Below, in pieces: positions 30,005 to 40,400 of a stretch of DNA of 64,000 nt. Every line of letters starts with the position of its first letter. Position 1 is the stretch's first letter. Source of the DNA: a virus. The DNA is taken from positions 37,417-101,416 of IMG/VR virus record IMGVR_UViG_3300032291_001290, one strand, 5' to 3'. Position numbers and translations under genes: made by a program. The notes beneath the pieces are model-generated. The model worked only from the letters and a program-made list of their open reading frames with translations, did no database searches and was not told where the DNA came from.

Positions 30005-32734
30005 ATGGCTCAACAAAATATAGATTTTGGAACATTTCCCGACGATCCATCAGCCGATGCGATTAGAACAGCGTTCTTAAAAGTACAGAATAATTTTACA
30101 CAGTTGTTCAATGCAAACGTGGATCAAGTGGTTACTTCTGTTAACAGAACACCGGGAGCAGGTATTACTGTTAATTATCCTACAGGTAACGTTGTTATAT
30201 CAGCAAATATTGCATGTTTGCAAGTATCAACATCATCGTTAAAAGTGGGACGCGGCTCTGACAACACACAAACTAATGTTTCTATTACTAGTTCTAGTCA
30301 ACAACTAAACATAGATATAAACCCCGCGCAAGTACTTTCAAACCGTTTTGCATCTGTTAGCAATGGATTAACAAGTTTAAACGGAACCTTAACAAGTAAT
30401 TCAAATGCACAACCTAATATAACAAGTTTAGGTACACTATCAAATTTAACAGTTTCTGGTAATCTGTCAGTAGGAAACAATGTAACATTAACTGGTAATG
30501 TTAATTTTACTGGTGCTAATTTTAATATTTCTAACGTATCAAATTTTAAAATTCAAGGTGGAACATTAGGGTATTTCTTACAAACAGATGGTGCCGGTAA
30601 TCTAGCATGGGCTGCAGGTGGCGGAGGTGGCAATGGCTCACCTGGTGGTATCAACACATTTGTCCAATTCAATGACACAGGATCATTTGGTGGCAATGCT
30701 GGATTTACTTTTAATAAAGTAAGCGGAGTACTTGCTTCCCCTAATTTAAGTGTTGCAGGTAATGCTACTGTAGGTAATTTGTTAGGAATTGTTGCAAACG
30801 GTAACAGTACTATTAGTATACCTAGTGCAAATGGTAATATCAATGTAAGTGCTGAAGGTAATGCCAACGTTATTGTTGTTACCGGAACAGGTGCAAACAT
30901 AACAGGTACATTGAGTGTCAGTAGTAACGCTAACATAGGTAATGTTGGTGCAACACTATTCGTTGGTAATATCAGTGGTACTGGCAACAGCAACGTTGGT
31001 AATTTAGGATTTGGTGCCGGTGTTATAAGTGGTACCGGCAATATAACAGCAGGTAATTTTATAGGTAACGGTAGTCAATTAACTGGATTGACTCCGGGTT
31101 CTAGTGTAGTTAACGGAAATAGCAATGTTGTTATTAATGCTAATGCTAATATTACAATTAGTTCAACCGGAAATGCAAACGTTGTTGTAATAACAGGCAC
31201 CGGAGCTAACATAACAGGTACACTAAGTGCCAGTGGTAATGCTAATGTAGGTAATTTAAATGTTGCAAATAACGCAATCATTAACGGTAACTTATCAGTA
31301 TTGGGTAATGCAACATATGTTAATATTGAATCACTAGTGATTGAAGATCCTATTATTTCATTAGGCGGCGGACCAAATGGTGATCCGTTAACAACTAATG
31401 ACGGAAAAGATAGAGGTGTTGCATTACAGTATTATACTTCAGCACCAGTTACAGCTTTTATGGGCTGGGACAATAGCAATGCTGAATTTGGATTTGGTAG
31501 TAACGTAAGCATATCTAGTGAAGTAGTAACTTTCACAAATTATGGAAATATACGTGGTAATGTTTTCATCGGAGACACTACTTCATTTGGCAATGCTAAT
31601 TTAGGTAACACTGCAACTGCTAATTTCTTTGTTGGTAGATTTTACGGAAATGCTAATGCAGCCACAGTAGCAAACACCGTAGTAGATAATGCACAACCTA
31701 ATATTACAAGCGTAGGTACACTAACAAGTTTATCAGTTACTGGGAATACCTCATCAGGTAATTTTGTAGGTACATTGGCAAATGGCAACAGTAATATACG
31801 AATTGCGGCTGATAGTAATATTGGAATAAGTGCAATAGGTAATTCAAACGTTGTTATTATTACTGGAACTGGTGCAAACATAACAGGTACATTAAGTGCT
31901 AGTGGAAATGTTACTGTAGGAAATGTAATAGGTCCACTTGCAAATGGCAATAGTAATGTTAATATTGCTACAGCAAACGGCAACGTCACTATCACTGCTG
32001 TCGGTAATACTACAATGACTATCACTGATACTGGTTCGAACATATCAGGTACGTTGAGTGCTACAGGCAATGCATCTGTTCTTGGTATCAAAACAGATAA
32101 TTATTATTATGCTAACGGCACTCCTATTAGTTTTGCAGGTACTTATGGTAATAGCAACGTTGCTACATTCTTAGCAAGTTACGGTTCAAATACAATTACT
32201 ACTACAGGTAACGTAAGTGTTGGAAATATTATAGGTAATGGACAAGCGTTAACAGGTATTGCCGGTGGTAATGTAACAGGTACTGTACCTAGTGCTACTA
32301 CAGCAGGCACCGTAACAACTGCGGCACAACCTAACATAACAAGTGTTGGAACATTAACATCATTGTCTAGTAGTGGCAATATTACTGGTGCTAATTTAAT
32401 TGCAAGTTCATATCATATCCGTTCAGTTGGTACTGGTATAACTGCGGCAGGCGCAAATCTTCAAGGTGGCGCTACATTATTAACTAAAGAAATTAATATT
32501 GTTAGTACAGTGTCAGCAGGAGCAAACGGAGTTGTATTACCTACAGCAGTTGCAGGAATGGTTATTATTATCAATAACACAAGTGCTTCTACATTAAACG
32601 TCTTCCCAGCATCAGGAGCTGCAATTAACTCGGGTGGAACTAACACCTCATATAGCCATGTAGCAAGTGCTTCATTACAATATTATGCACCTACTACAAC
32701 ACAATGGTACACTGTAGGTGCAACATATACTTAA
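30005..32734 (+). CDS. Baseplate-attached fibre protein (gp9/gp10-type N-terminus, N/G-rich repeats)
   Basis: MAQQNIDFG..PDD..AD.IR.AF.KV..NF N-terminal motif; repeated QPNITS.GTL.SL and NG.S modules; TATAAATA at 29986. Confidence 0.7.
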   Translation: MAQQNIDFGTFPDDPSADAIRTAFLKVQNNFTQLFNANVDQVVTSVNRTPGAGITVNYPTGNVVISANIACLQVSTSSLKVGRGSDNTQTNVSITSSSQQLNIDINPAQVLSNRFASVSNGLTSLNGTLTSNSNAQPNITSLGTLSNLTVSGNLSVGNNVTLTGNVNFTGANFNISNVSNFKIQGGTLGYFLQTDGAGNLAWAAGGGGGNGSPGGINTFVQFNDTGSFGGNAGFTFNKVSGVLASPNLSVAGNATVGNLLGIVANGNSTISIPSANGNINVSAEGNANVIVVTGTGANITGTLSVSSNANIGNVGATLFVGNISGTGNSNVGNLGFGAGVISGTGNITAGNFIGNGSQLTGLTPGSSVVNGNSNVVINANANITISSTGNANVVVITGTGANITGTLSASGNANVGNLNVANNAIINGNLSVLGNATYVNIESLVIEDPIISLGGGPNGDPLTTNDGKDRGVALQYYTSAPVTAFMGWDNSNAEFGFGSNVSISSEVVTFTNYGNIRGNVFIGDTTSFGNANLGNTATANFFVGRFYGNANAATVANTVVDNAQPNITSVGTLTSLSVTGNTSSGNFVGTLANGNSNIRIAADSNIGISAIGNSNVVIITGTGANITGTLSASGNVTVGNVIGPLANGNSNVNIATANGNVTITAVGNTTMTITDTGSNISGTLSATGNASVLGIKTDNYYYANGTPISFAGTYGNSNVATFLASYGSNTITTTGNVSVGNIIGNGQALTGIAGGNVTGTVPSATTAGTVTTAAQPNITSVGTLTSLSSSGNITGANLIASSYHIRSVGTGITAAGANLQGGATLLTKEINIVSTVSAGANGVVLPTAVAGMVIIINNTSASTLNVFPASGAAINSGGTNTSYSHVASASLQYYAPTTTQWYTVGATYT

Positions 32735-32747
32735 AATAGGATTTAAC

Positions 32748-33368
32748 ATGATAACATTAGATTTATTAACACACATGTGCCCTCGCACAAAAGCAAATAT
32801 TCTTCAAGGGTTTATAGAACCATTGAATACTGTAGCAGAATATTATGACATGCTCGAAAATCCACGCAGAGTTTCAGGTTTTCTAGCACAAATTGCACAC
32901 GAATCAGGTGGATTCAACGCTACAGTAGAAAATTTAAATTACTCAGCAAAAGGATTGATGGGTACTTTTAAGAAGTATTTCCCTACAGAAGAATTGGCAA
33001 AACAATATGAACGTAAGCCTGAAAAAATTGCTAATCGTGTTTATGCCAATCGTATGAAGAACGGTGATGAAAACTCCGGTGATGGCTTCAGATTTAGGGG
33101 TCGTGGATTAATTCAATTGACGGGTCGTGACAACTATACAAAATTTGCCAATGATTTGGGAATGAGTTTAGAAGATACTATCGCCTATTTAGAAACACCA
33201 AATGGTGCTGTTGCAAGTGCCGGATGGTTTTGGGATAATAACAAACTAAATCAGTACTGCGACAAAGATGATTTTGTAACATTAACGAAACGTATCAATG
33301 GTGGGACTATTGGATTAGAAGATAGAAAACATCATTACGCAATTGCAATGCAATACTTACAAGGATAA
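32748..33368 (+). CDS. Glycoside hydrolase family 19 endolysin/virion lysozyme
   Basis: FLAQIAHESGG, ENLNYSA, FRGRGLIQLTGRDNY, TKRINGGTIGLEDR. Confidence 0.92.
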   Translation: MITLDLLTHMCPRTKANILQGFIEPLNTVAEYYDMLENPRRVSGFLAQIAHESGGFNATVENLNYSAKGLMGTFKKYFPTEELAKQYERKPEKIANRVYANRMKNGDENSGDGFRFRGRGLIQLTGRDNYTKFANDLGMSLEDTIAYLETPNGAVASAGWFWDNNKLNQYCDKDDFVTLTKRINGGTIGLEDRKHHYAIAMQYLQG

Positions 33369-33369
33369 T

Positions 33370-35850
33370 ATGGCACAACCAATTTGGGATACTACAGCTG
33401 GAACTATTGGTACATTTCCCTATGGTATAAATGTATCTTTTCAGTTTTTAGCTTCACCTGTTTCTCCTGCTACTAATATTACGTATAGTTTACTTGCTGG
33501 TACTCTCCCTACTAATTTAGTAATTGATGTAAATGGATTATTGACTGGTATTCCAACTCTAGTCACACAAGATACAACTACATTATTTACTATTCGTGCT
33601 ACTGATAATTTAAACAACATACGTGATAGAACATTTAGTATAACAATTACAGGTACTGCGGTGCCGCAGTTTACTACACCTGCAGGTGTATTGTTAAGCA
33701 CACAAGATAGTGTATGGACTCAATTAAACATTGAATATTCTAATCCTGATATAACTAATCCTGTTGTAATTGCTTTACAAGAAGGTAGTCTTCCACCAGG
33801 TCTTGAATTGTCTCCTACAGGATTAATTCAAGGATATCCATTACCACCTACTATTAACGTTACTTTACCTTTAGTAACAACTATTGGTATTTCTACAGAA
33901 TCAACTACTGATCTTATTTACTGTCTAAATGTTGCTGGTATGACTCCGGGAAGACCGGTGACATTTACAGACACAATAGGTGACATTTCATCAGGAGTTA
34001 CTTATTATATTAAAACAGTTGATACAGTAGCAAATACTATTTCAATAAGTACTACACAAAACGGTGATACTTTTCCTGTTAGTGATTCTACCGGAGCGAT
34101 GACTGTTACATTGCCTGTAATTTCAGTTGGCCAACCTACTATCAGAACATTCAATTTTAAAGTTAGATTACTAAGCCCGTTAGGAGGAAATATAGGATCG
34201 TATTCAATTACAGTAATAAATCAAAACACACCTTCTTCACAAGGTGGTCCTGGAAATCCTCCTAATACTAGAACTCCTACTATTTTAAACACTAGACCTT
34301 TAACAATAGAAGTTAACCCAAGTGACGTTTATTATGGGTATTATATATTACCACCTGTGCCCCCTACACAAAACGCACAGATAGGATCGATACTAAGTAA
34401 TAACTATTTTGCCTTTAAGATACTAGGATATGATTTTGATAGTAATCCATTAGAGTATATATTTTCAAATTTACCTTCTTTCTTAACAGGTAATTCTGAA
34501 ACAGGATGGATAACTGGAACACCAGCTTTATCATTGCCTGGTATAAACAACTATAGTTTCAACGTAAGTGTACGTAAGCAAGGTAATCCTGCTATTTCTA
34601 CAACAAACTTTAATTTTGCATTTAATTTAAGTAAGGATGTTACTGGAGAAATTATATGGGTAACTCCTGCTGATTTGGGTACAGTTTATAACGGAACCAT
34701 AAGTACATTATTTGTTGAAGCAACATCTGACGTTACTTTAAATTATAGAGTTATATCAGGTTCTTTACCACCTAACTTAACATTACTTTCTAATGGACAG
34801 ATAACAGGCTTTGTCGCAGATCAACCAACAAATGAATTTTTAACAGTTGGCCAAAATACTGAATTTACTTTTACAATTGATGCATTCTCACCTGATTATA
34901 ATATAGTTTCATCATCTAAAACGTTTACTCTAAATGTATTACAGCAGTATGGACAACCTACTGATATTATGTACATTCAGGCTGCACCCAGCATACAAGA
35001 TCGACAAATATTAAATACATTGTTGGAAAACACTGAGTTGATACCCGATGAAGCACTTTATAGAGCAGACGATGTTTATTTTGGTAAAGCCACTAGTGTT
35101 ATATACGAACATGCATATGGTATATTTGCAAGTTCTATTCAAGATTATATTGCCGCAATACAAATAGAAAATCATTATTGGAGAAATATTACTTTAGGTG
35201 AATTAAAAACAGCAGTGGCAAAAAATGCTGCCGGTAACATAATTTATGAAGTAGTGTATAGTGAAGTTATTGATAATCTTGTAAACTCTCAAGGTGTTAG
35301 TATAGAGAAAAGCATATTTTGGCCTAGACCTATTAACTTATTTTTGGGACCTTGGTATACAAGTGTAACTAACATTTTTACTAGTTGGGATGTGGTATTA
35401 AATCAAGAATATTATACCAGTTTAACTCCTGGATTTGCAAGAACACTATATCCTAATAGTTTGTTTAATATGCGTACTCAAGTAGCAGACGTATTAGGTC
35501 AAGAACTTGACAGTACACTTTTACCATTATGGATGACAAGTCAACAAGAAAACGGTAGTACATTGGGATACACCCAAGCATGGGTAATCTGTTATACAAA
35601 GCCTGGAAAAGCAAATGAGATAAAAACCAATATTGAAACTAATTGGCCGTACACACTGAACCAAATTAACTTTCAAATTGATAGATTTAGTGTTAATAAG
35701 AGTGATACTTATAATTGGGACAATAATCTAAGTCCCCCTGCTTGGACTGGTTTACCTAGCGCAAATCCTGTGCCAGATCCGTTGAATAGTAAAGATTTTT
35801 ATGTGTTATTCCCAAGACAAACTATTTTACCAGACAATACACAATACTAA
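33370..35850 (+). CDS. Baseplate wedge-like protein with Ig-like (putative Ig) repeats
   Basis: Repeated G.LP.(G/N)L.L...G.I.G.P and FTIRA motifs; C-terminal LPLWMTSQQ domain. Confidence 0.6.
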   Translation: MAQPIWDTTAGTIGTFPYGINVSFQFLASPVSPATNITYSLLAGTLPTNLVIDVNGLLTGIPTLVTQDTTTLFTIRATDNLNNIRDRTFSITITGTAVPQFTTPAGVLLSTQDSVWTQLNIEYSNPDITNPVVIALQEGSLPPGLELSPTGLIQGYPLPPTINVTLPLVTTIGISTESTTDLIYCLNVAGMTPGRPVTFTDTIGDISSGVTYYIKTVDTVANTISISTTQNGDTFPVSDSTGAMTVTLPVISVGQPTIRTFNFKVRLLSPLGGNIGSYSITVINQNTPSSQGGPGNPPNTRTPTILNTRPLTIEVNPSDVYYGYYILPPVPPTQNAQIGSILSNNYFAFKILGYDFDSNPLEYIFSNLPSFLTGNSETGWITGTPALSLPGINNYSFNVSVRKQGNPAISTTNFNFAFNLSKDVTGEIIWVTPADLGTVYNGTISTLFVEATSDVTLNYRVISGSLPPNLTLLSNGQITGFVADQPTNEFLTVGQNTEFTFTIDAFSPDYNIVSSSKTFTLNVLQQYGQPTDIMYIQAAPSIQDRQILNTLLENTELIPDEALYRADDVYFGKATSVIYEHAYGIFASSIQDYIAAIQIENHYWRNITLGELKTAVAKNAAGNIIYEVVYSEVIDNLVNSQGVSIEKSIFWPRPINLFLGPWYTSVTNIFTSWDVVLNQEYYTSLTPGFARTLYPNSLFNMRTQVADVLGQELDSTLLPLWMTSQQENGSTLGYTQAWVICYTKPGKANEIKTNIETNWPYTLNQINFQIDRFSVNKSDTYNWDNNLSPPAWTGLPSANPVPDPLNSKDFYVLFPRQTILPDNTQY

Positions 35851-35872
35851 ATATATATAACGGAATAAAACA

Positions 35873-37141
35873 ATGAGTACAATCAACACAAATGCAATTA
35901 ACGTAAATTACCCAATACCCGGTGTCAATAATAACAGCCAGGGGTTTAGAGATAATTTTGCCTCTATTAGAAACAATCTGAATGTTGCTGCCACAGAAAT
36001 CACAGACTTACAAAACAATGTGGTGGTAAAGCAAGCATTAGCAAACACTACTGTTAACAATGATATGGCTAATACTCTTATTAGCAATGCAAGCACACGT
36101 AGCTTTAGAGCAACCACTTATAATTTAGGCAATGCATTATCAGGAACCGTTTTAGTAGATGTTTCTTTAGGTGATGTACATTACGGTACTGTTGCCGGTA
36201 ATACTACTATTAACTTTGGTAGCTGGGCACCTACTGGAACACAAAGTAATGTTCAACTGCAATTAGCAGTTTCAAACTCAACTGCATTTGTAACTTTTTC
36301 AGGTAACGTAGTTGTAAATAATGATAGCGGTGCAACTACATTAGAAAATTATTCAAACGTAGCTGGATTCGTAACAGTGTCAGTACCATTTGGTGTTAGT
36401 CAATTAAATTATCAAATTAGTACTGTTGATTGCGGAAATACATTATATATTTCACCAATTAATAGACCCCGAGAAGCTACTCAAGTTCAACAACGATTAG
36501 TTCCTCCTACAGGATTTCAAGGTGATGTTTCTGGTACTATAGCAATAGATGCTTCATTTGATCAACTAGCTATTGCAAGTACAAATGCCGCTGATTATTT
36601 TACAACAGGAAATACTTATCAATTATATCCTGGATTACCAGTAGTGTTTACTGGTACAAGTTTTGAAGCAAACATTACTAGTGGTACAACATACTATGTA
36701 AGAAATGTGGTGTCAAGTTCAACATTTACTGTTGCAACTAGTTCTACATTAAGTGCTAACGTTAATCTAGCTGGTGGCACAGGCAACATGTATGCAAACC
36801 CAGTAGGATATTTATATATTTCTACTGATACGTATAATGCAACTGCATATAGCAAAAATGTAACTGCAACCACAGTAACTACTAACGCAGTTACTTTAAA
36901 CAACGTAACTAACCTAGTAGAAAATGCCCCAATTATTTTCACAGCAAATATTGGCGGTTTGTATTCAAACACGGTATATTACATAAAGAGTATTTCTAGC
37001 CCAAATATCACAGTTAGTCAAACCAGAACTAATGGGGTAGCTGATACTGCGGTTACTTTAAGTTCTAATAGTACTGCTACCACAGCGACTGCATATATAG
37101 GTTCTGACATTTGGAAAAGAATACCACTCAATTCTTGGTAA
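35873..37141 (+). CDS. Virion structural/fibre protein
   Basis: YPIPGVNNNSQGFRDNF N-terminus, TYYV domains, C-terminal WKRIPL. Confidence 0.65.
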   Translation: MSTINTNAINVNYPIPGVNNNSQGFRDNFASIRNNLNVAATEITDLQNNVVVKQALANTTVNNDMANTLISNASTRSFRATTYNLGNALSGTVLVDVSLGDVHYGTVAGNTTINFGSWAPTGTQSNVQLQLAVSNSTAFVTFSGNVVVNNDSGATTLENYSNVAGFVTVSVPFGVSQLNYQISTVDCGNTLYISPINRPREATQVQQRLVPPTGFQGDVSGTIAIDASFDQLAIASTNAADYFTTGNTYQLYPGLPVVFTGTSFEANITSGTTYYVRNVVSSSTFTVATSSTLSANVNLAGGTGNMYANPVGYLYISTDTYNATAYSKNVTATTVTTNAVTLNNVTNLVENAPIIFTANIGGLYSNTVYYIKSISSPNITVSQTRTNGVADTAVTLSSNSTATTATAYIGSDIWKRIPLNSW

Positions 37142-37152
37142 TAAATATCTGA

Positions 37153-37410
37153 ATGGAACATCCGTTCATCAATAACTTATCTGATAAAAGTTTGGAAGAA
37201 CTTCAAACTTCACTTTCAGATTTAACTACTAAACTTACCTTTGCACATCGTACGGGTAACAGTCCATTAATACATCAACTTCAAATGGTAATTGAAAGTT
37301 ACCATAAAGAATCACGCAAAAAAATGGATGAATTGTTTAGCAAACAAAATATACAAACTCAAGTAAACATACAACGAGAGGATCAAATTGGGAACAAGAA
37401 TAGAACGTGA
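37153..37410 (+). CDS. Hypothetical protein
   Basis: 85-aa ORF, ATAAATA 5 nt upstream. Confidence 0.65.
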   Translation: MEHPFINNLSDKSLEELQTSLSDLTTKLTFAHRTGNSPLIHQLQMVIESYHKESRKKMDELFSKQNIQTQVNIQREDQIGNKNRT

Positions 37411-37981
37411 TTTTAGTTTTCAGGCTGCTGTTCATTTTGAAGGAAACTTTTTAATGAACATCTATGAAATTTCATTGGCAATGGAAGTTGAAACAATGTC
37501 AATCAGAGAGCAAAATATTGCAATGGATAGAATAATATATTTTCTATCAAATTGTTTATCAAATAGTGTATTTGTTCAGGATGCAGAAAAAAAGGCTATT
37601 GAAAAATATACTCAAGCAGATATTAAGATATGTACTTTACCCGAAGAACCATATGATCAAATTTTAGCAATATTATTATTGTTAAAATTAAATGCCATTG
37701 TTGAAGGTAGATTAGAAATAACTGACATAGTGTTTCGGTCAGAGTTAAGTGATGATGTTAGATTTATATATGATATAGAGAGTGCTTCACATAATCCTTT
37801 TGGTAATAAGGGATGGTGGTTAGAATCTTCAACCTCAATTACTGATATTCCTAAAATAAGCAAAAAAGAAAAAATTGTTAAATTGGTAAAAAATAGTGAT
37901 TGGTTTGGATGCGGACTAGATTGGGAAGAAAAATCTAACAAATCATCCGAAATACTGTTTACCACGGAAGCTGAAAAATAA
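37388..37981 (+). CDS. Hypothetical protein (possible T-fold/QueD-like N-terminus)
   Basis: RIERDFSFQAAVHF loosely resembles QueD F.AAH strand; weak. Confidence 0.45.
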   Translation: MGTRIERDFSFQAAVHFEGNFLMNIYEISLAMEVETMSIREQNIAMDRIIYFLSNCLSNSVFVQDAEKKAIEKYTQADIKICTLPEEPYDQILAILLLLKLNAIVEGRLEITDIVFRSELSDDVRFIYDIESASHNPFGNKGWWLESSTSITDIPKISKKEKIVKLVKNSDWFGCGLDWEEKSNKSSEILFTTEAEK

Positions 37982-37987
37982 CCATAT

Positions 37988-38019
37988 TAGTTGATTTTTA
38001 AAATCAACTATGTCATAAT
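37988..38019 (+). promoter_or_regulatory. sigma70-like promoter overlapped by 23-bp palindrome
   Basis: TTGATT(37991)-N17-CATAAT(38014); TAGTTGATTTT-T-AAAATCAACTA. Confidence 0.6.
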
Positions 38020-38024
38020 GTTGT

Positions 38025-38534
38025 ATGCGTACTGATATATACGGACAACCTATACTTAGTGAAAATGACTTATGTGATTTATATTTGCGTGATCCTACAC
38101 ACAATATAAAACAAGTTTATACTGAAAAGTTAATTAACCTTGACAATATACTATATTCAATTGAAGATTTACCAAAACTCATTGAATATGTTAATCCCAA
38201 TATCTCAATAGAAGAATTTGATGAAAAGAATCAAGCTAATTGGCAAATGCCCAAAGAATATTTAGAAATGGATATTGCTAAATTTGTTTTGGATCAATGC
38301 ACCAATGAAGCAGAACTACAAAGAGCAGGTGAAGAATTATTGATGTTCCACGAAAGAAATATGTTTATATTATTACAATACTTAAAGTATCTAGTTGATA
38401 CTATGCGTAGTAATAATATTTTATGGGGTGTGGGTAGAGGTAGTAGTGTAGCAAGTTTTGTATTGTTTCTAATTGGGATTCACAGAATAAATAGTTTATA
38501 TTACGACTTGTCTATTGATGAGTTTTTAAAATAA
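38025..38534 (+). CDS. dnaE: DNA polymerase III alpha (DnaE) fragment, split polymerase subunit
   Basis: R..EEL..F, YLVDTMR...GVGRGSSVAS.VL.LIGI..I matches DnaE GxGRGS region; ORF ends before PDID motif. Confidence 0.75.
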   Translation: MRTDIYGQPILSENDLCDLYLRDPTHNIKQVYTEKLINLDNILYSIEDLPKLIEYVNPNISIEEFDEKNQANWQMPKEYLEMDIAKFVLDQCTNEAELQRAGEELLMFHERNMFILLQYLKYLVDTMRSNNILWGVGRGSSVASFVLFLIGIHRINSLYYDLSIDEFLK

Positions 38535-38545
38535 GGAAAAATTAT

Positions 38546-38905
38546 ATGTCTATATATAGAACAGCAATGGGTAAAAGTGTTGATATGAATGCATTACGTA
38601 CAAAAAATGAAAAAACTAGAGCCGTAGGTAATGTAAAGAATCTTAACGCACGTGGTGATACTATCGATGCATTTGGGCGAGTTACACAAGCCGTAACTAA
38701 TAAAGTGAGTGATTCTTATTCCAAAACAGTAGGTAATCGTTCAGCCCAAGTAACAAAAAAACCACAACCAAGAATTCAACCTGATAAACCTAAACTTGAT
38801 TTAGCTGAATTGACTCCAGCAGAAATTGAATTAGAAGAATCACTTGAAGATGATTTAGAAATTGAAAAAATTAAAGCACAGGAAATAAAGAAAGGTAAGA
38901 AATGA
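38546..38905 (+). CDS. Hypothetical protein
   Basis: AAGGA RBS, 119 aa. Confidence 0.7.
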   Translation: MSIYRTAMGKSVDMNALRTKNEKTRAVGNVKNLNARGDTIDAFGRVTQAVTNKVSDSYSKTVGNRSAQVTKKPQPRIQPDKPKLDLAELTPAEIELEESLEDDLEIEKIKAQEIKKGKK

Positions 38906-39273
38906 AAAAGGCATTTGAGCCACATAAAATTACTAAAGCTAATTTTAAACCCATAGGATCGCACGTAATTGTATGCGATATGTCATTTGATGTTCGTATC
39001 ACCAATGGTGGCATTCTGTTACCAAATGATGATATGAAGTCAGCAGGTATTCGCCCACGTTGGGGAAAAATCTATGCAGTAGGACCTGATCAAAAAGACC
39101 CTGAATTAGTAGAGGGTAAGTGGATTATGATTAGTCACGGACGATGGACTCGCGGTGTTGATATTATAGACGAAGAGGGCGAAAAAACCATACGCCGTGT
39201 TGATATTAATGATATACTACTGGTGTCAGATGAATACGTCAATGACATGACATTTAGTGATAAGGTTTATTAA
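38902..39273 (+). CDS. groES: GroES-like co-chaperonin
   Basis: KPIG..VIV, T.GGILLP, G.IYAVGP, DILLV. Confidence 0.8.
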   Translation: MKKAFEPHKITKANFKPIGSHVIVCDMSFDVRITNGGILLPNDDMKSAGIRPRWGKIYAVGPDQKDPELVEGKWIMISHGRWTRGVDIIDEEGEKTIRRVDINDILLVSDEYVNDMTFSDKVY

Positions 39274-40070
39274 TGCCAGTGTTGGGCGTTTGCGGTGATA
39301 GTTATATGGCTGCAACTATCAATGGTTGGCGAAGTGATATAAAAGATAGTGCGGGAAAACACTTTACAGAATTACTTGCAAAAAAAATTGGATATGATTA
39401 TTTTACATTAGCCCGAGGAGCGTGTAGTAATACTGCCATAAGATTGCAAATTGATGAAATGATCAAACAAAAAGTTGATTTAGTAATCATAGGTGCGACC
39501 TCTCCTAACAGAATGGAATTTCCTAAATTGGGGGGGAAATATGATAAATGCGATGGGATATATAATTTAGATTATAGTATTGATACGTACCCTGATAGAA
39601 GTTGCCAAAATAAAGATTTTAAACATAATACGGTTAGTGAGACATTCACTAACATTTTAACAAGTGATGTTCCATTTTATAAAAAAATAATTAACCCAGA
39701 CTCTATATCTGCAAGACCCAATGTAAGTGATGAACAAGCCAAAGCACTTGAATATTATATTGATTACCTGTATGATGTAGATTACAAGAAACACATGGAT
39801 TCATTTATTCTTCATAGCGGTTACAAAGCACTTGAGGATAGTAATATTCCATTTGTTATGATTTTTTTTGACAGAGAAATAGCTATCAATGGTTTTTCAA
39901 TTGAAAATAATTACAGAATAATAAATAACGGTGATAAATTAAATCCATGGACATGGGATCAAAATAATACTACGAGAAGATGGCATACAACTGACAAAGC
40001 ACAAGAAGAAGGTGCAGAGATGTGGTATAATTATCTGTTAAAACACAATTTAATTAAGGAACAAATATGA
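39273..40070 (+). CDS. SGNH hydrolase-like protein
   Basis: GVCGDSY, LARGACSN, C-terminal WH; same block pattern as 5497 ORF. Confidence 0.55.
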   Translation: MPVLGVCGDSYMAATINGWRSDIKDSAGKHFTELLAKKIGYDYFTLARGACSNTAIRLQIDEMIKQKVDLVIIGATSPNRMEFPKLGGKYDKCDGIYNLDYSIDTYPDRSCQNKDFKHNTVSETFTNILTSDVPFYKKIINPDSISARPNVSDEQAKALEYYIDYLYDVDYKKHMDSFILHSGYKALEDSNIPFVMIFFDREIAINGFSIENNYRIINNGDKLNPWTWDQNNTTRRWHTTDKAQEEGAEMWYNYLLKHNLIKEQI

Positions 40071-40390
40071 AATGGTTTAATAAATGGTTTGCTAACAAAT
40101 GCAGACAAGCGTGGGAAGATGCGAATCAACCACAAGAAGACATCGCGGTGAATTCAGTTACTTCTGCTAAAGTTCGTAGGGGAATAGCAACAGCAACGGG
40201 TCCTACTGAATTGCATAGCCGAGGAGTAACATTCACCTTGTATAAAGCAAATGGTGGACATGTTGTTGAACTACGTGACTATGATCCTCAAACAGATAGA
40301 AATACAAATTCATTGCATCTTGTTCCCAGTGACAAAGACATGGGTGAAGCACTAAATCATATTATTACATATGAAGCATTAAAACGATAA
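40067..40390 (+). CDS. Hypothetical protein
   Basis: 107-aa ORF, ATGA overlap. Confidence 0.7.
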   Translation: MKWFNKWFANKCRQAWEDANQPQEDIAVNSVTSAKVRRGIATATGPTELHSRGVTFTLYKANGGHVVELRDYDPQTDRNTNSLHLVPSDKDMGEALNHIITYEALKR

Positions 40391-40400
40391 GGAGAAAATT

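Noticed and set aside
30005-32734. N-glycosylation sequon enrichment in fibre protein
   Set aside because: Many N-x-S/T sites are present, but the protein is so rich in N, S and T that composition may explain them; a shuffle test is needed
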